DNA of 64,000 nucleotides from positions 44,694 to 108,693 of the IMG/VR virus record IMGVR_UViG_3300038499_000016; one strand, written 5' to 3'. Of this stretch, positions 28,310-35,261 are shown piece by piece (position 1 is the stretch's first letter; the number at the start of each line of letters is the position of its first letter). Both the position numbers and the translations under genes were made by a program. The notes below the pieces were generated by a model. That model had not been told where the DNA came from and did not search any database. It saw nothing but the letters and a program-made list of their open reading frames with translations. Origin of the DNA: a virus. Taxonomy: Duplodnaviria > Caudoviricetes.

Positions 28310-30287
28310 GAATCATGTCAAACTTCTTGTTCACGTCAGACAACGAAATATACTCCTCACTCCGAGCCTCCTGTACTCCGCTTTCACTATAGTGCTCCTC
28401 AAGTATCTCAAGCAACAACTTCTTCAAAGCCCCCGCCTGAGGCAGCGGAGGTAATTTACACTTAGTAGCCAGATCCGAGACGTGATCCATCCGCCTCTGA
28501 AACTCCCGATCAAACCGGTCAAAATCCCCCCACTCCCCAGCACGCATCAACTTACTTTCTTCCTTACTCCTCATCAGATCTATGTCACCTACCGTTAGGA
28601 TCTGTTCCAGTTGGTCAAGAAGCCGTAGAGTATGGTAAGCCATTTTACAGTTTCCTTGTACAGCTATTTTTCCATCCAATCTTGTTATCAAAGTTCCATT
28701 AGGAACTTCAAAACAAACAACGTTACCAGAATATTTTTTTACACAGCCTCCACGCAGCTTCAATTTTTTGGTGTGTGTAATTCCTGTGGTATTAAAACAA
28801 ACGGCTTTGGGTCTTGACTTTTTTCTCACGTTAACTAAAGTTTGATAAATCAACCCTGTTCTTTCTACCCCCTTAGAATCAACATATATTGAACTGTAGG
28901 GACCCATAATATTTGAATCATATCCAGATAGTAAGGCTAATATTTGATACAAATCACTAAGATTTTTTACAGTAGAGTAATATATTTCTTGCCTATAGAT
29001 TTTTTTCTCAGTACCATCCCCGAGAAACATGCCATATCGCATAGCTTCTGCCTCCATCACCGACATATCCAAAACCCATGCAGGATATTTCTTATTTTTA
29101 CCTGCTCCAAAATCTTTGTATATACTTTTTATCATGGGTTTTTTGTGTGTTATCCACACTGTTTCTACAACAGGAATTTTACTAAAAGTACCGTTTGGCT
29201 TGTGTGTATAGGTATACTCCCTTAGACCAAACTTACTTTTTACCTTACGCATGAAATCAAAAACTTCTTTCTTGCCCATCCTGGTTTGTGAAAATCTTAA
29301 AGCTCTGACCCTAGATGTCCTGTAAGACACAGACCCTTCCGATAAATATAACCCTATCAACACTAATTCATCTAGATCTTTTCCCAGCCCTTTTCTATTA
29401 TTATTAACAGAAGTTCTTAAATGATACCAACTTCTTTTATTATCAGATAAGTCTTTAATAGGACTTAAATTCCAATAACAATCTTTGTCTGAATATTGAA
29501 GAGTTCTAGATCGGTGGCAAGGAGAATTTAAAATATTGTGCCCTCCTGTTACAGAAAATTTAGTGAAATTGTTTTCAATGTTGTATATTTTATAAATGCC
29601 CTTTTTTATTATTCTTGATAAAGGTCTTTGAAAATCTATGTTCCCTGTAACTACATCTACAGTAGCTAATTTTTCTGATGTTATGTCCCCGTAGAGTTTC
29701 CAACCAGAATTGGTTAAAAATTCTGTACTATCTATGTAACAGTCAAAACCATGTTTCTCAATCAAAGCCTTCCGATCTTCTGTCTCTGGATTCCTCTGCC
29801 GGATACGATGCATCTGCCCATTCGCATACCCCTTAAAGGCATGAAATGTCTTCATGGATATGAAAAGCCTTCTGTTATCTCTAAGGAACCATCCCATTTT
29901 GGTCCCAACAGTGACCAATTCCCTACGCACAAACAGACACTCGATCAGATTAGGTGACCCCTTGAGACCAGCATGTATAAAGAACTCAATAAGGGATACC
30001 CACTCAGCCTCAAAGGGCTTATCCCCTATCATTATCTTTTTCTTACCCTTGAGCTCCTTTCTGCGGAAATCTGGAAGCGCATCAAACCCCAGCACAAAGC
30101 CATACTTCTGAGGAAACAAATGCTCATGCTTGGGAAGGACTATGGCAAGAATGTCATAATCAGATTTTTCCGTAGAACATCCATAAGCACGCGATCCTAC
30201 TATAGTCTCCAAGAGCAGATTGTCCACAAGCCACTGCTCATGCTTCTGGAACTTACCGTTCTGAGCATACCACTGGGTATAGTTCAC
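28278..30287 (-). CDS. DNA polymerase beta-superfamily nucleotidyltransferase (RlaP/YcgL-like), intein-containing
   Basis: VGSRAYG...SDYD, GSPNLIECLF, FKGYA..Q, then KHGFD|intein|CKMAYHTLRLL; about 305 aa after splicing. Confidence 0.85.
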   Translation of the reverse strand: MNYTQWYAQNGKFQKHEQWLVDNLLLETIVGSRAYGCSTEKSDYDILAIVLPKHEHLFPQKYGFVLGFDALPDFRRKELKGKKKIMIGDKPFEAEWVSLIEFFIHAGLKGSPNLIECLFVRRELVTVGTKMGWFLRDNRRLFISMKTFHAFKGYANGQMHRIRQRNPETEDRKALIEKHGFDCYIDSTEFLTNSGWKLYGDITSEKLATVDVVTGNIDFQRPLSRIIKKGIYKIYNIENNFTKFSVTGGHNILNSPCHRSRTLQYSDKDCYWNLSPIKDLSDNKRSWYHLRTSVNNNRKGLGKDLDELVLIGLYLSEGSVSYRTSRVRALRFSQTRMGKKEVFDFMRKVKSKFGLREYTYTHKPNGTFSKIPVVETVWITHKKPMIKSIYKDFGAGKNKKYPAWVLDMSVMEAEAMRYGMFLGDGTEKKIYRQEIYYSTVKNLSDLYQILALLSGYDSNIMGPYSSIYVDSKGVERTGLIYQTLVNVRKKSRPKAVCFNTTGITHTKKLKLRGGCVKKYSGNVVCFEVPNGTLITRLDGKIAVQGNCKMAYHTLRLLDQLEQILTVGDIDLMRSKEESKLMRAGEWGDFDRFDREFQRRMDHVSDLATKCKLPPLPQAGALKKLLLEILEEHYSESGVQEARSEEYISLSDVNKKFDMILEKLSKSPGA
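28650..29741 (-). mobile_element. intein with LAGLIDADG homing endonuclease (364 aa)
   Basis: Starts CYIDSTEFLTNSGWK; block B VTGGH; LIGLYLSEGS and GMFLGDGT; ends VCFEVPNGTLITRLDGKIAVQGN followed by Cys+1. Visibly more AT-rich than the flanks. Confidence 0.9.
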
Positions 30288-30544
30288 AAAACCGCCTTCC
30301 GAAAAATATCTCCACCCTTTTGTAACAAAACAGTACTGATACCATAACGTATTCTCACAGTCTTTGTAACCGGTATATCAATCAAACACGTAGCACCATC
30401 TGGTGAACTATGAATGATCTCAACATCCGTACCTTTCGCAACTACCAACTCAATAGTCCTCGGCGATAAACTAGATGCCTGAGACACGCCAATACGGAGT
30501 TCTTCCTCAAGTATATCCCAGCTCATAGTAAACTCCTTTAACAA
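30284..30544 (-). CDS. hypothetical protein
   Basis: AAGGAG before ATG near 30526; overlaps the next gene. Confidence 0.5.
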   Translation of the reverse strand: MLKEFTMSWDILEEELRIGVSQASSLSPRTIELVVAKGTDVEIIHSSPDGATCLIDIPVTKTVRIRYGISTVLLQKGGDIFRKAVL

Positions 30545-30561
30545 GTGGGTTAGACACCAGT

Positions 30562-30590
30562 ATTATACACCCGAAAGATGGAAAAATAAA
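30562..30590 (-). promoter_or_regulatory. putative sigma70-type promoter (GTG-TATAAT)
   Basis: Minus strand reads ...GGGTGTATAATA upstream of the long accessory/RNA-repair operon; weak -35. Confidence 0.45.
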
Positions 30591-30622
30591 GGAAGGGCGG
30601 GCCGCCATGACTATGACGGCCC
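30583..30622 (-). terminator. putative intrinsic terminator
   Basis: GGGCCGTCAT-AGTC-ATGGCGGCCC hairpin followed by a pyrimidine/T-rich tail, after 30632-31270. Confidence 0.5.
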
Positions 30623-30631
30623 TGAATATAC

Positions 30632-31270
30632 CTAAGCAGTCCGCCTATTCAAAGCACGGCCCTCAAGATACAACTGGTCATTGATGGCAAGCGGGGTCAT
30701 TCCATACTTATCGGCAAGGCGATTAGTAAGCACCATCAACCGAACATGGTCCTGGAAGGAAGGTTTGCCTTCATCCACCTTAGGCTCAAATCCATCAATT
30801 GCATTCACAGCCGCTATGACATGACTGCCAAACGGCAACATCCCGCGGTAATGGATAGCCACCTTATAATGATGGTGCAAAAACATCTTAAGGGCAAAGA
30901 GCAACGAAAAACACGGTTCCAGACTAGCAAACTCCTCAAGAATCCCAACCACAGGATATTCTATGGTTGCAAGCTCATATGCCCTATTGTTATGACCCAA
31001 TACTGTAAAACGTTTCTTCAGAACTCCTGCGTCCTGAGGCACATAACCAAGGTCAGGACTTCCAAACTTCTTCTGCAAAAAAACAGGAGCATCCTCATAG
31101 GTCACACGAGCATCAAGACAGGCATAAAACCTCTCCGAAAAAACTCTGTCCTTATCCTTACTACCCAACGAGTTCTTGGGTTGAGAAAGATAGTGGAGAA
31201 GAGTAGAGCCAACCGGAATCTGTTGAAAGGCAAGATCTAGAGAAGCGGCAGCAATAATGGAGACGCGCAT
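30632..31270 (-). CDS. hypothetical protein
   Basis: 212-aa ORF with GGAGG RBS and its own promoter and terminator. Confidence 0.65.
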   Translation of the reverse strand: MRVSIIAAASLDLAFQQIPVGSTLLHYLSQPKNSLGSKDKDRVFSERFYACLDARVTYEDAPVFLQKKFGSPDLGYVPQDAGVLKKRFTVLGHNNRAYELATIEYPVVGILEEFASLEPCFSLLFALKMFLHHHYKVAIHYRGMLPFGSHVIAAVNAIDGFEPKVDEGKPSFQDHVRLMVLTNRLADKYGMTPLAINDQLYLEGRALNRRTA

Positions 31271-31356
31271 TGGAATCCTCCGCGCTATGGGTTGGATGAA
31301 ACAGCGGACACAAGGACCGCAAGACCAGCCTACACAGTTAAAGCTGGACTGCAGAT

Positions 31357-31385
31357 AGTATACACCAAGAAAAGAATAATGTCAA
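31357..31385 (-). promoter_or_regulatory. sigma70 promoter TTGACA-17-TATACT
   Basis: -35 at 31380-31385, -10 at 31357-31362, exact 17-bp spacer. Confidence 0.75.
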
Positions 31386-31386
31386 A

Positions 31387-31422
31387 TAAAAAGGCCCAGG
31401 AGAATACCCATCCCCTGGACCC
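31387..31422 (-). terminator. intrinsic terminator closing the gene+ncRNA unit
   Basis: Minus strand GGTCCAGGGGA...TCTCCTGGGCC followed by TTTTTATTT. Confidence 0.65.
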
Positions 31423-31449
31423 GTCTGTTATTACAATCGTATAATGATT

Positions 31450-31740
31450 GCTAACAATTGTTAAGTGTCTCCTGTCGTGACTTCTGTTGGTCAACATTAT
31501 ATCTCTGCTCTACCGCTGAGCTACAGACCCTCATAGTTCTCAATGAGTCATAAAGAACTGTGAGGGTCTGAGGGGATTTGAACCTCTGACCGAGAGTATT
31601 CCAACAGAATCGTCAAAGAGCACTTTGTTAAGTATGAGCATGGAACGGTAATAATGTAAGTCTTAACATGACATTCCCACTAGTTTCATCTCATGGACTT
31701 ACCAAGTGGGTATGAGCATGAATATGAATATTTCCGTTCT
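31450..31740 (-). ncRNA. structured ncRNA with circularly permuted tRNA-like domain (YrlA/Y-RNA-like) and a 5' pseudoknot domain
   Basis: On the minus strand the tRNA 3' half (CUCUC-GGUC-AGAGG-UUCAAAU-CCCCU-CAGACCC, 31596-31564) comes before the 5' half (GGGUCUG-UA-GCUC-AGCGGUA-GAGC-A-GAGAU, 31530-31501). The acceptor stem is extended and loop-closed. The anticodon arm is replaced by the stem UUCUGUUGG/CCAACAGAA. Confidence 0.8.
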
Positions 31741-31741
31741 T

Positions 31742-32506
31742 CTATTCTCCTTTGTTTATGTACTTGAATAATCGCTGGCTGATCCGGTTAGAAGGAACCA
31801 CCTGCTCATTGGCACGAGACCGAGCCTTCTTAATAGCCTCAATGAGCATATCCACACGTTCCAGAAGGGTACTCTTCTCAGCCGGCGAAATCAACCCGCT
31901 AAAGTAAGTCTGATTCCACGTTCCCACAATCACGTCCTCATTCACCAACTGCACCTGGGGAGGATGCTTATCAGTACCCGGATGCAGAACAAGCGGCCTA
32001 GATACCTTCCGGGTCCCCTGCCTGCGGGTCTGACCAGTCCTGTAGTACCCACTCCCCCGCTGCTCATCCGACTTCCAATCCTTGGCCGGATCAAGCGTCG
32101 GAATGGTATCGTAGACCTTTCCCCGAATCAGTTCCAGAAGGTTCTCCATTTGAACAAGTGCCGCCACAGGCACAGCCTCTGCAAGGATCACCTGGGTCTC
32201 ATCGTTCAAGACCACAATGTCTGCCACAGCCTGTGTGTTGGCCATTTCCTTCTGCAGAACCACATCAAACAACTTGGCGAGATGCTTCTGGAAATACTCC
32301 AGCTTATCGCCAACCGTCGTGATAGGGGTGGGTTTCTCTTCTTCCGGACGTTCCACATCATCGGCCTTTAGCGGGTCCCATTCCTTGGCATGGGTGCTGA
32401 AGAGATGGGCCTTCTTCGTGAAAGTCCCGTGCGTCTCCTCAATGATCTTAGCTACGGTAGACCGAACGTCCTTCTCAGCTGCTACGAGCTCATGCAACTT
32501 TCCCAT
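31742..32506 (-). CDS. uncharacterised helical/coiled-coil protein associated with the downstream ncRNA
   Basis: 254 aa, AGGAGG RBS; MGKLHELVAAE...IPTLDP...TDKHPPQV...IEAIKKARSRAN. From memory it resembles a conserved bacterial DUF family (possibly DUF7873); unverified. Confidence 0.75.
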   Translation of the reverse strand: MGKLHELVAAEKDVRSTVAKIIEETHGTFTKKAHLFSTHAKEWDPLKADDVERPEEEKPTPITTVGDKLEYFQKHLAKLFDVVLQKEMANTQAVADIVVLNDETQVILAEAVPVAALVQMENLLELIRGKVYDTIPTLDPAKDWKSDEQRGSGYYRTGQTRRQGTRKVSRPLVLHPGTDKHPPQVQLVNEDVIVGTWNQTYFSGLISPAEKSTLLERVDMLIEAIKKARSRANEQVVPSNRISQRLFKYINKGE

Positions 32507-32545
32507 AGATGGCCTCCTTATGTGATGTATGATCTAATTTCTGAG

Positions 32546-32573
32546 AATATAATACACACACAGAAAAAATCAA
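32546..32573 (-). promoter_or_regulatory. putative sigma70-type promoter (TTGATT-16-TATATT)
   Basis: About 40 nt upstream of 32506; shares GTGTAT with the promoters at 30562 and 31357. Confidence 0.45.
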
Positions 32574-32727
32574 AAATCTTTTGGCTTAGTAGAACTGGTT
32601 GACCAAGCTACCAACCCATAAACAGTCATGATCGCATACGCAACGCAGACCATCCCAAAATATTAACAAGCATCATTGCTCTACTTCCCAAGATACTAGA
32701 AAACTTCTCCTATAAACTCCCACAAGC

Positions 32728-32758
32728 AAAGGGGCCGCTAGTTTCCTAGCAGCCCCTT
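32728..32758 (-). terminator. intrinsic terminator after major capsid gene
   Basis: GGGGCTGCTAG-GAAA-CTAGCGGCCCC-TTT. Confidence 0.7.
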
Positions 32759-32782
32759 CAAGTCCCTACCTTACGGTAAAGC

Positions 32783-33658
32783 CTAGCCGCGTGACAGGAC
32801 CACTCTGCAGAGCCCGAGCGGGTTGTGACACCCGATGCCCAGGTTCTCAAAGCAGCTGAATCCTATTACCCTGTTCTTGGGGTCATCTGCACTCAACACC
32901 GAAAGTTCCGTACGTACAGGAATACGTCCAAAGAACTCTGGCTCGCAGCACACATAGATGTACCCAGTCGGAACGCGCCTTGACACGATAACCTGGGCAC
33001 CCCAAACGGTGGCCATGAGACCGGTCTTCAGCAACACAGCCTGAGTCTCGATGTCCAAGACATCCCGACCCCATTTGCGTATGTCACTATAGTCAAGGGC
33101 ATTACAGAACACGCGTGCAACCCTCAGGTCGTGGCGCTCAATACGGGCAAACGCATCGGCCAGATCAGCCGGTGTGAGAGGAGCAGTGGCCGGAATATCG
33201 GCGTTTGTCGCACCGATGTTGTCGAACCCAGCCGTTGCAACCGCATCGAGAACTTCGAAGACACGAGTGTCTTCTTCGGCCTGAATCTCCGCCTTCGCCA
33301 GGTCCTGGGCACGTTCGATAAGATCATACCGACGTTCCTTGATCTGGGTGAGCGGAATTTCGGGGTTGGAAGAGATTTCGAACAGCGGGAAAATCACCCT
33401 ACGGGGCTTCGTGATGGCCAAAATGTTCTGACCTTCTTCACCCACGACATAGGCAGTCACTGCCGGGTCTTTGTCGTAGATAGGAAGCGCACCATCAGGC
33501 AGCTGCTCAACGAGAAACGTCTTGCGTCCAACAGATGTGTAGTCCCTCCTAAGGCGGAGGGGTTGAATCATGGACGCAGCCAACTTCGCTCTTCCTGAAG
33601 CCGTCTTCATGTACTCATCAATGATTTGGGCCTTCAGTTCATTACTAACTTCAGCCAT
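32783..33658 (-). CDS. major capsid protein (HK97-like fold)
   Basis: Last gene of the protease-scaffold-decoration-capsid order; strong GAGGTGA RBS and terminator. GRAKLAASM...LVEQLPDGALPIYDKD...WGAQVIVSR..P pattern resembles capsids of large uncultured phages. Confidence 0.85.
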   Translation of the reverse strand: MAEVSNELKAQIIDEYMKTASGRAKLAASMIQPLRLRRDYTSVGRKTFLVEQLPDGALPIYDKDPAVTAYVVGEEGQNILAITKPRRVIFPLFEISSNPEIPLTQIKERRYDLIERAQDLAKAEIQAEEDTRVFEVLDAVATAGFDNIGATNADIPATAPLTPADLADAFARIERHDLRVARVFCNALDYSDIRKWGRDVLDIETQAVLLKTGLMATVWGAQVIVSRRVPTGYIYVCCEPEFFGRIPVRTELSVLSADDPKNRVIGFSCFENLGIGCHNPLGLCRVVLSRG

Positions 33659-33675
33659 GACTAACTCACCTCCTC

Positions 33676-34248
33676 TTAGATTTTGAGTTGAACGGTCATG
33701 TACGGATCCGTACCGGCCGCCGGGGCCTTCAGAACGATACCGAGCAGCGTAGCATTATGCCGTGTCGTGTCCATTCCACCCGCATTGATCAAAAGACCGT
33801 TGCGAGAAGAATAAACCAGGTCTCCGGCCGTAAACGCTACCGCTGACGTACCATTACTGGCGAAGGTCTCGTAAATATCGGTGCTGAACACCGTTCCTGA
33901 ACCATGTGCATACACAACTCTGTTCGAAGCAACCGCGGAACTTGACTCATACGGATTGCCCAATGCGTCATTGATTGCAATTCCTACAGCCTTATCAAAG
34001 GTTGAGGAGTTATCACCAGCGCACGGACCGATGAGACCATCTCCAGCGACAGCAACGACACTACCGGCCAGAATGCCCTTATTGGTCTTGGCAGTCAGGC
34101 GGCTGTTGTTCACCTTCTGGTTGTTCCCAACTCTGTTGTCCTGTGTCAAGCCTGCAGCAACGATCTGACCATACGAGTTGTAGGTCTGACGATACAGAAC
34201 ATTCATGTGGGTATCAGGTGATGGAAGATTTGAACCCATTCGACTCAC
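33676..34248 (-). CDS. head decoration/capsid cement protein
   Basis: Gly/Ala beta-rich, AVGIAIND...TDIYET...AGDLVYSSRNGLL...LGIV; directly upstream of the capsid gene; GAGGTGA RBS. Confidence 0.65.
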   Translation of the reverse strand: MSRMGSNLPSPDTHMNVLYRQTYNSYGQIVAAGLTQDNRVGNNQKVNNSRLTAKTNKGILAGSVVAVAGDGLIGPCAGDNSSTFDKAVGIAINDALGNPYESSSAVASNRVVYAHGSGTVFSTDIYETFASNGTSAVAFTAGDLVYSSRNGLLINAGGMDTTRHNATLLGIVLKAPAAGTDPYMTVQLKI

Positions 34249-34278
34249 CTCCTCTTTCGGGTATTAAAAGATTACACT

Positions 34279-34300
34279 CACCCCGCCAGGAAGCGGGGTG
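34279..34300 (-). other. intergenic hairpin (possible RNA processing/stability site)
   Basis: CACCCCGC-6nt-GCGGGGTG between scaffold and decoration genes, next to a degenerate promoter motif (34262-34277). Confidence 0.4.
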
Positions 34301-34305
34301 TATTA

Positions 34306-35184
34306 CTAACGCTTAAAAGCCTTGGATACGTCTGGAGGAGCATCCCACAGTTTTGTGGAGAGGTCACCCTCGGACGCTGCTTTCACGAGTCCACTCAGTT
34401 TCTTGGCACCAAGCTTCGGGGTCATCTGTGCCATTTCCTGAGCAAAAATCTGATCGAGTACATCACCGGCACTCTTTGCATCAAGCTCGATCTCTTTCTC
34501 TTCCGGTTCCTTTTTGGCCTTGGCTTCTACTTCCTCGCCTTCGGGCATAGGAGCAGCAGGCATCGGGGCAGGAGCGCCACCGGCAGGCTGAACCGTGCAA
34601 TCAATGGTTCCTACCTGTTCAGCCTTCTTCTTCTCAACTGGAGGAGTAGTCTCTTCCTCGGCGGGAGGAACCACTTCTTCCTTCTTTGCGGCTTCCTTCT
34701 CCTCAGGCACTTCTTCCTCAGGATCCTTCTTTGCGGCTTCCTTCTCCTCAACCTCTTCAGGATCCTTCTCACACTTTGAACCGGAAGCAAGCTTCTCAGC
34801 TATGGATGCCTGACGATTGAGTGTGGCTAGAATGGCCTTCTCAGGCAGATACATGAGGTCCGTTGCCTGTTCCTCAAGCATGGACTGATCTGCGGCCGGC
34901 AGCATGCGCTGTGCAATGGTCAGGCACTTGATTGCCTTATCTTCCAGCTTACGAGCAGCAACCACAGCCTCACGAGCAGCACCAGGAGCCGGATGACCGG
35001 TCTCTGTACGGCCTTCATTCTTCCACGGAGCATTCATATTCGGTGTCTCACCCCATGCATCTGGATCCCCGGTATGATATTTCTCAACCGGCGGATTCGA
35101 GCGGGTCTGATTCATGGTATAAGGATCGGCCTGCTTCTCAATCTCAGCAACCTTCTCCTTATCCCAACTTAGTCTCTGTCGCAT
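34306..35184 (-). CDS. putative capsid scaffolding protein
   Basis: Acidic, low complexity (EEKEAAKK repeated); sits between the protease and decoration genes. Confidence 0.6.
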   Translation of the reverse strand: MRQRLSWDKEKVAEIEKQADPYTMNQTRSNPPVEKYHTGDPDAWGETPNMNAPWKNEGRTETGHPAPGAAREAVVAARKLEDKAIKCLTIAQRMLPAADQSMLEEQATDLMYLPEKAILATLNRQASIAEKLASGSKCEKDPEEVEEKEAAKKDPEEEVPEEKEAAKKEEVVPPAEEETTPPVEKKKAEQVGTIDCTVQPAGGAPAPMPAAPMPEGEEVEAKAKKEPEEKEIELDAKSAGDVLDQIFAQEMAQMTPKLGAKKLSGLVKAASEGDLSTKLWDAPPDVSKAFKR

Positions 35185-35227
35185 CGGATCCTCCTCTGAT
35201 GACTGTTCGTTCTGAACTTTTACTGGA

Positions 35228-35243
35228 TATTAAGAGATTATTA
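35228..35243 (-). promoter_or_regulatory. copy of repeated phage promoter-like motif (TAATAATCTCTTAATA)
   Basis: Intergenic, upstream of scaffold-decoration-capsid; identical to the 40489 copy. Confidence 0.7.
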
Positions 35244-35261
35244 CAAAGTGTTCAAAACATT

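Noticed and set aside
31501-31596. Canonical tRNA gene or intron-containing tRNA
   Set aside because: The halves are in reversed order, there is no anticodon loop and no CCA end, and the acceptor stem is loop-closed; treated as a tRNA mimic.
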